Assembly: GCA_038231435.1 (NCBI GenBank) | Contig: JBBRLJ010000008.1 | Coordinates: forward strand, 61,091-125,090 | DNA: 64,000 nt | Reading direction: 5' to 3' | DNA from: Planctomycetota bacterium | Lineage (GTDB): Bacteria; Planctomycetota; UBA11346 | In this document: piece after piece, positions 56,835 to 64,000 of the stretch | Position numbering within the stretch: position 1 is the stretch's first letter | How the letters are laid out: each line of letters opens with the position of its first letter | The notes under the pieces: model-generated | What the model saw: only the letters and a program-made list of their open reading frames with translations | Told to the model about the DNA's origin: nothing | The model's database searches: none | Translations under genes and position numbers: made by a program

Positions 56835-57865
56835 CAATCGAGCACGACCTTGCCCGAAGTGCCTTCGCGCATGGCCTTGAAGCCCTCGAGGAAATCGTCC
56901 ACCGGCAGGCGGTGGGTGACCACCGCCGAGATGTCGAGGCCGCTCTGCAGCATGCTCGTCATCTTGTACCAGGTCTCGAACATCTCGCGGCCGTAGACGC
57001 CCTTCATCACCAGGCCCTTGAAGATCACCTTGCTCCAGTCGATCGCCACCGGCTTGGGGAAAATGCCGAGGATTGCGACGCGTCCGCCGTGATTCATCGC
57101 ATCGAGCATCGATTGGAATGCCTCGCCGTTTCCGGACATCTCAAGGCCGACGTCGAAGCCCTCGGTCATGCCGAGCGCAGCCATCACGTCCTGCAATGAA
57201 CCGGAACGCGGATCGTGGACCCTGGTCGCGCCCATGCGGCGGGCGAGCTCGAGCCGGTAGGGATTCACGTCGGTCACCACCACGTGGCGCGCGCCGACGT
57301 GGCGCGCGATCGCCGCGGCCATGCAGCCGATCGGTCCGGCGCCGGTGATCAGCACGTCTTCGCCGACCAGATCGAAGGACAGCGCGGTGTGGGTCGCGTT
57401 GCCATAGGGATCGAAGATGCTCGCGACCTCGTCCGAGACGTCGTCGGGCAGCTTGAAGGCGTTCGACGCCGGGAGATCGAGGAATTCGCCGAAGCAGCCA
57501 GGGCGGTTGACGCCGAGCCCTTGGGTGTTGCGACAGAGGTGGCGGCGTCCGGCGCGGCAGTTGCGGCAGTGTCCGCAGGTGATGTGGCCCTCGCCCGAGA
57601 CGCGGTCGCCCGGGGCGAAGCCCACCACCGCCGCGCCCACGCGCTCGACCACGCCCACGAACTCGTGCCCGGTGACCATCGGCACCGGGATGGTCGCGCG
57701 CGCCCATTCGTCCCAGTTGAAGATGTGCAGGTCGGTGCCGCAGATCGCGGTCTTGCGCGTGCGGATCAGCAGGTCGTTGGGGCCGATCTCAGGGATGGGC
57801 ACGTCCTGCATCCACAGCCCAGGCTCGCGGCTGGCTTTGACCAAGGCTTTCATGGTGCTGGACAT
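56831..57865 (-). CDS. tdh: L-threonine 3-dehydrogenase
   Basis: [19 protein letters not shown]...[22 protein letters not shown]. Confidence 0.95.
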   Translation of the reverse strand: MSSTMKALVKASREPGLWMQDVPIPEIGPNDLLIRTRKTAICGTDLHIFNWDEWARATIPVPMVTGHEFVGVVERVGAAVVGFAPGDRVSGEGHITCGHCRNCRAGRRHLCRNTQGLGVNRPGCFGEFLDLPASNAFKLPDDVSDEVASIFDPYGNATHTALSFDLVGEDVLITGAGPIGCMAAAIARHVGARHVVVTDVNPYRLELARRMGATRVHDPRSGSLQDVMAALGMTEGFDVGLEMSGNGEAFQSMLDAMNHGGRVAILGIFPKPVAIDWSKVIFKGLVMKGVYGREMFETWYKMTSMLQSGLDISAVVTHRLPVDDFLEGFKAMREGTSGKVVLDW

Positions 57866-57919
57866 GAGGGTTCCTGGAGCTGTCTACGAGGGCGGCATCG
57901 AGCGGACTTCAGACGGACA

Positions 57920-59107
<1,188 letters not shown>

Positions 59108-59265
59108 GCGCTGGCTCCGTACGCACCGTACGCCGCGCGACGCGCGGGAAACCGATTCTGCTCCTCCCGGTCGCCGTCCCTGGTCAAAGCTCAAGGCCGT
59201 TACGCTCGCCGCCTCGCGCGCGGCGCCCGGAGTTGTGCGAGGCTCTCGGCTTCTACAGTGCCGCC

Positions 59266-60237
59266 ATGACCAAACCCATCCGCTGGGGCATCATCGGCAC
59301 CGGCATGATCGCCGGCATCTTCGCCGAGGGACTCGGCAAGGCGTCGAGATCCACCAAGCAGGCGGTGGGCAGCCGCAGTCAGGCGAAGGCCTCGGCATTC
59401 GCCGCCAAGTACGGATTTCCCAAGGCCCATGGGTCCTACGAGGCCCTGTTCGCCGATCCCGAGGTCGACGCCGTCTACATCTCCACGCCTCACACCAACC
59501 ACCACGCCGAGACCCTCGCCGCCCTGCGCGCCGGTAAGCACGTGCTGGTCGAGAAGCCGATGGCCGTGATGGTCGCCGAGGCCGAGGAGATGGTCGCGGC
59601 CGCAAAGAAGGCCGGCAAGGTGCTGCTCGAGGCCTTCATGTACCGCACCCATCCGCAGACGCGCAAGATCGAGTCGCTGCTGAAGTCGGGCGCGATCGGA
59701 GTGGTGCGCACGGTGCGCAGCTGCTTCACCTTCGGCCTGGGCGATTCGCCCAACATCCGCCTCGATCCGAAGCTGCGCGGCGGCGCGCTCTTCGACGTCG
59801 GCTGCTACTGCATCAACGCCAGCCGCATGGCCGCGGGCGGCGAGCCCGACCAGATCGTCTCGACTTCGCGGGTCGAGCCTCAGACCGGGGTCGACGTCAA
59901 CCTCGCCGCGTCGCTGCGCTTCCGCTCCGGCGCGCTCGCGCATTTCGACGTCGGCATCCGCAGCGCGTATTCGGGCTCGCTCGAGATCCTCGGATCCGAG
60001 GGCCGCATCGTGGTGCCAAATCCGTGGAAGCCCGATGCCAAGCGCACGTCCTTCACCCTGGAAGAGAAGGGCAAGCCAGCCGAGGAAATCGTCATCAGCG
60101 ATGGCGGCGACATCTACGCGCTCGAGGCCGACCACCTCGCCGACGTGATTGGCGGCGCCGCCACGACCATTTCCGGCGAGCAGGGCATCGGCAACACCAA
60201 GGTCCTCGAAACCATCTGGAGGCAGATCCATGGCTAA
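59266..60237 (+). CDS. Gfo/Idh/MocA family oxidoreductase
   Basis: [36 protein letters not shown]. Confidence 0.9.
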   Translation: MTKPIRWGIIGTGMIAGIFAEGLGKASRSTKQAVGSRSQAKASAFAAKYGFPKAHGSYEALFADPEVDAVYISTPHTNHHAETLAALRAGKHVLVEKPMAVMVAEAEEMVAAAKKAGKVLLEAFMYRTHPQTRKIESLLKSGAIGVVRTVRSCFTFGLGDSPNIRLDPKLRGGALFDVGCYCINASRMAAGGEPDQIVSTSRVEPQTGVDVNLAASLRFRSGALAHFDVGIRSAYSGSLEILGSEGRIVVPNPWKPDAKRTSFTLEEKGKPAEEIVISDGGDIYALEADHLADVIGGAATTISGEQGIGNTKVLETIWRQIHG

Positions 60238-60274
60238 TGTCGTCACGAACTCCCTCGCGGCTCGTTCCGATCGC

Positions 60275-61339
60275 ATGACCACCCAGCTTTTCCCCCTGGC
60301 GCTGCTCGTGGCGTGCGTCGCCACATCATTCGCCGCGGATCTACCGGAGAACATTCCACCGAGCGATAAGGAGATCCGCTACATCGGGCGCTTCGACCTC
60401 CACGACCCCGCGACCGCGCGCTGCTCCTGGAGCGGCGCCACGGTCATGGCCAAGTTCAAGGGTACTGCCATCAATGTGAAGATGAAGACCACTCGCGACG
60501 AGGCCTACTACCAACTGATCGTCGACGGCAAGCCGACCACCGTGCTCGAGATCACCAAGAGCCAGGAGATATATCCGCTGGCTACCGGGCTCGAGAACAA
60601 GGAACACGTGGTCGAGGTCTTCAAGGCCACTGAACCCTACCAGGGCACCGATGCCTTCACCGGGTTCCAACTCGAGAAGGGCGGCAAGCTGCTGCCCCTG
60701 CCGAAGCGGCCCGACCGCCGCATCGAGTTCTACGGCGACTCCATCACATGCGGGTACGGCAACATGGCAGCCTCGCAGAAGGAGAAATTCAGCGCCGCGA
60801 CCGAGAACAACTGGTACGCGTATGGAGCGGTGGCAGCGCGCGCGCTGAATGCCGAGTATTCGTGCATTGCAGTCTCAGGCATCAAGGTGTGGCAGGCGGA
60901 TTCGCTGCCGACCTGCTACGACCTCACGTTGTTCAAGTGGGACAACGGCCCCAAATGGGATTTCTCGACCTGGATCCCGCAGGTGGTGGTGATCAACCTC
61001 TGCACCAACGATTTCGGCGGCGGCGCGCCCGACGAGAAGGGTTGGACGGACGCCTATCGCGCGTTCATCGCCGACATCCGCAAGCACTATCCCGAATGCA
61101 CGGTGTTCTGCGCGGTCGGCTCGATGATGAATGGCGCGAACCTCGAGACCGTGCGCGGTTACCTGACGCGCATGGTGAACGACCTTGCCAAAGCCGGCGA
61201 TAAGAAGATCCACTATGTCGAGATGTCGCCCCAGAACATGGCGAACGGCATCGGCGCCGACTGGCATCCCAACGTCAAGACCGACCAGATCATGGCCGAC
61301 GAACTGGGCGCCGAGATCAAGAAGGTGATGAAGTGGTGA
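60275..61339 (+). CDS. Secreted SGNH esterase (CE2 acetylxylan esterase-like)
   Basis: YIGRF, GDSITCGYG, INLCTND, DWHP; alternative start 60230. Confidence 0.85.
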   Translation: MTTQLFPLALLVACVATSFAADLPENIPPSDKEIRYIGRFDLHDPATARCSWSGATVMAKFKGTAINVKMKTTRDEAYYQLIVDGKPTTVLEITKSQEIYPLATGLENKEHVVEVFKATEPYQGTDAFTGFQLEKGGKLLPLPKRPDRRIEFYGDSITCGYGNMAASQKEKFSAATENNWYAYGAVAARALNAEYSCIAVSGIKVWQADSLPTCYDLTLFKWDNGPKWDFSTWIPQVVVINLCTNDFGGGAPDEKGWTDAYRAFIADIRKHYPECTVFCAVGSMMNGANLETVRGYLTRMVNDLAKAGDKKIHYVEMSPQNMANGIGADWHPNVKTDQIMADELGAEIKKVMKW

Positions 61340-61375
61340 CGCTCGCCGCGCAGGGCGCGCGCAACGGGTCGGGCA

Positions 61376-62278
61376 TCAACGGGTGAAAACCCACACCGCG
61401 TAGGCGATGTTCCCCGCCGCCGCCATCACCGGCACGGCGAGCGCCCAGAACATCGATACGCCAGGCGCGTTCACCAGGCGATCGTCCCGACCGAGAGCGA
61501 GTCCTGGAACGCTGTCGGCCACCAGCGCCGGCGCTGACGAGTCCGCGAGGAGCAGCACTCGCTCTTCCGCCTCGTCGGTGAGCTCCTGCGGATCGTTCGA
61601 CCGCACCGTGACCGAACGCGGCTCGCCGTCGGCTGGCGTGAAGGTGAACATCAGCTTGATCACGTTCCGTCCGTTGATCTTCACGTTGGTCCACTGCTTG
61701 GATGCCAGTTTGGCCCGGTATTCATCCCCGATCGCGAGCGTGCGCGCGATCCTGGTTCCGATCGCGATCCGCCAGACCGCCAGCATCACGCCGATCGCGG
61801 GCAGGACAGCCGTCAGTCCCAGCCAAGCCGAGAACGGCGCCCCGCGCATGCCGACGATGCGCGCATGTCGAGGCTGTCCTGATGGGTATTCGATCTCCAC
61901 CCGGGGCGTCGCGCCGGCTTCGGCGCCGACGGCGGCAGGCGCGCGCGAATACGACACGCCGTCGTGGGCGGTACCGTCGTCGGCGATGAAGTGGAAGCGG
62001 TGGGCGTAGATGGGATGGCCGGGGCGCTTCTTGCCGCCGCCTTCGCTGTAGCCGGTGCGCTGGACACCGAGTTCCGCGCCCGTGGCCGTGGCGATCCCGC
62101 CGTGGAAATGCAGCGCCGACCAGTCCGCGGCTCCAGCGAAGATCCAGGCGAAGAGGCCGCCTATCGCGATCATCCACCAGCCGGCGAGACCGACGCCCAT
62201 CATCATCAGGCGCAGCCGCAGCGCCGTCGAGAGGGCGCGCGGAGGTGGCGGCAGGCGCTCCGGGAGATCCTTGGACAT
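61376..62278 (-). CDS. DUF3592-like membrane protein
   Basis: PPPPR start, TM-beta domain-TM, TNVKINGR..IKL.F.F. Confidence 0.6.
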   Translation of the reverse strand: MSKDLPERLPPPPRALSTALRLRLMMMGVGLAGWWMIAIGGLFAWIFAGAADWSALHFHGGIATATGAELGVQRTGYSEGGGKKRPGHPIYAHRFHFIADDGTAHDGVSYSRAPAAVGAEAGATPRVEIEYPSGQPRHARIVGMRGAPFSAWLGLTAVLPAIGVMLAVWRIAIGTRIARTLAIGDEYRAKLASKQWTNVKINGRNVIKLMFTFTPADGEPRSVTVRSNDPQELTDEAEERVLLLADSSAPALVADSVPGLALGRDDRLVNAPGVSMFWALAVPVMAAAGNIAYAVWVFTR

Positions 62279-62286
62279 GTCTGAGG

Positions 62287-63003
62287 CTACGCCTTCACCG
62301 TGCGGCTAGCGCCAGGCTTCTGGCGTCGTCCGTGGCGGCCGCCTCTGCCGGGTGGAGTCGAAGCCGCTCCCTGGCGCTTCTCCGGCGGCGTGCGGGAAGC
62401 GCCGACGGCGTCCAGGCTGCGCCACAGGTACCAGCTGGCGATGGTGCCGTGCGGGCTCCACGCCGCGCCGAGCTTGCGTACGCGCTCTGGCGAGGGCAAT
62501 TCGCGCAGGCGGTAGGCGCGCTGTACGGCCTTGCGGATCCCGAGATCGAGCACGGGCAGAACATCGGGACGCCCGAGCCTGAACATCAGGAACATCTGCG
62601 CGGTCCACACGCCAACGCCCTTGACCCGCGTCAGCGCGGCGAGGATGGCCGCGTCGTCGAGATCGTGCAGCGATTCGATGGGCAGCTCGCCGGAGTGCGC
62701 GAGCCGCGCGAGATCCTTGAGGTAGGCGACCTTCTGCCGCGACAGGCCCACGCTGCGCAGGCTGTCCTCGGATGCGGCGAGCACCGTCACGGCGGTGGGC
62801 GCGCCGCCGAACAGCGCCATCAACCGCCCGTGGATCGTCGAGGCCGCGCTGCCGGACAACTGCTGGTAGACGATCGCCCGGATCACCGCGTCCAGGTGCG
62901 TGCCCGCGGCGTTCGCCGCGAACCGGCATGGCCCAACCAGGTCGATGACCGCCGCGATCGCCGGATCGGCTCGGCGGAGATGGGCGATCGCGCGCTTGCT
63001 CAT
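62287..63003 (-). CDS. DNA-3-methyladenine glycosylase II (AlkA family)
   Basis: IVYQQLS, GLSRQK, VKGVGVWTAQMFL.F.L.RPDVLP..D, W.P...ASWYLW. Confidence 0.9.
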   Translation of the reverse strand: MSKRAIAHLRRADPAIAAVIDLVGPCRFAANAAGTHLDAVIRAIVYQQLSGSAASTIHGRLMALFGGAPTAVTVLAASEDSLRSVGLSRQKVAYLKDLARLAHSGELPIESLHDLDDAAILAALTRVKGVGVWTAQMFLMFRLGRPDVLPVLDLGIRKAVQRAYRLRELPSPERVRKLGAAWSPHGTIASWYLWRSLDAVGASRTPPEKRQGAASTPPGRGGRHGRRQKPGASRTVKA

Positions 63004-63146
63004 AACACCATCATCGTCGCGTGATCGCGAGCTCAAGGCGGGGCCCAGGCGAGCGGAACCGAGTCCGTCGCCCGACGGACCGCCACCGGGGTGGGACCGG
63101 GCTGGTCGTGACTTGGGCATGGAAACTCATAGTATGGACGACGTCG

Positions 63147-63830
63147 ATGGCCCTTGAAACCACGGACATCCTGCTGCGCATCGGCGTCGCGCTCATCGCC
63201 AGCGCGGTGATCGGCTTCGAGCGCGAAAGCCACGGCCGCGCGGCCGGCCTGCGCACCACGGTGCTGGTCGGTGTCGCCGCCGCTTTGGCGATGATCCTTT
63301 CCGAGATCCTCTTCGACAGCGCCGCCAGCCCGGGTGCCGGCTGGCGGCCCGATCCCGCGCGCTTGGCCGCCGGAGTGCTCACCGGCATGGGCTTCCTCGG
63401 CGCCGGCACCATCATCCGCGAGGGCAACGTCATCCGCGGCGTGACCACGGCCGCGACCCTGTGGATGGTGGCGATGCTCGGCCTGGCCTTCGGTTCAGGA
63501 CAACTGTTGCTCGGCGGCATCGGCTGGGGCGTGGCGGTGTTCACGCTCTTCGTGCTGCCCAGCGTCGAACACTTCGTGAAGAACGACTGGTACGGGACCC
63601 TGACCCTGCAGGTGTCGATGGACGGCATCGGCGAGGATGAGGTACGGCGCCGGCTGAAGACGCTCGGAGTATCGGTCAAACGACTCGAGCTCGACTACGA
63701 TCTGGTGCGCAAGACGCGCTTCATCACCCTCGAAGTGAAATTCAAGAAGGAGGACCTGTTCGAGCTGACCCAACGCATCGTCGCCGATCTGGTCGGAGCT
63801 CCCGGCATCCTCGAGATCAAGTGGCGCTGA
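63147..63830 (+). CDS. MgtC/SapB family protein
   Basis: IGFERE....AGLRT, DPARLAAGV..GMGFLGAG.I, GVTTAA.LW. Confidence 0.92.
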   Translation: MALETTDILLRIGVALIASAVIGFERESHGRAAGLRTTVLVGVAAALAMILSEILFDSAASPGAGWRPDPARLAAGVLTGMGFLGAGTIIREGNVIRGVTTAATLWMVAMLGLAFGSGQLLLGGIGWGVAVFTLFVLPSVEHFVKNDWYGTLTLQVSMDGIGEDEVRRRLKTLGVSVKRLELDYDLVRKTRFITLEVKFKKEDLFELTQRIVADLVGAPGILEIKWR

Positions 63831-63835
63831 TAGTC

Positions 63836-63903
63836 GGGGGCTCCGCCCCCAAACCCCCACGGCCTTTGTCGTCCTTCTTTTTGTCCGCCGGGCGGCCAAA
63901 AAG
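63836..63903. repeat. REP/MITE-like palindromic element
   Basis: GGGGGC-TCC-GCCCCC AAACCCCC followed by a CTTTTTG...CAAAAAG hairpin. Confidence 0.45.
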
Positions 63904-64000
63904 TTTGGTTCTTCACGGAATATCGGGAATCGAGCTCTAAGAGCGGGATAGAAAAGGACATCGGCGGCCAGGGCGGCAGGTTGTGGTTACCACGCCAACA

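Overview
High-GC (roughly 70% by eye) chromosomal window. Gene content (DUF1501/DUF1800 pair, redoxin-cytochrome c-Cu-monooxygenase fusion, paired GH78s, ECF sigma cassette, many genes without a Shine-Dalgarno) suggests an uncultured Planctomycetota-like bacterium; this is an inference. About 60 CDSs and one degenerate tRNA-Leu(CAA) were identified; no CRISPR array, transposase or integrase was seen. Most content is ordinary metabolism and stress response (kbl-tdh, msrB, transaldolase, FKBP, AlkA, MgtC). Best leads: (1) an ArsR operon encoding an ArsI/CadI-like VOC domain fused to an arsenosugar-associated AhpD-like peroxidase; (2) a free-standing ~140-nt structured RNA with TATAAT and a strong terminator between convergent genes; (3) a ClpP-like protease, small protein and classical AAA ATPase behind a highly structured leader with a leaderless uORF; (4) a coupled operon of duplicated zinc-ribbon membrane proteins ending in a conserved Cys, plus a divergent Lgt; (5) an orphan, extended AmrS-like radical SAM coupled to a Cys/Met PLP enzyme, next to an Acs with an altered acyl pocket; (6) an acyltransferase-ACP-halogenase mini-cluster with no ketosynthase. 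All family calls come from motif recognition by eye, not database searches.
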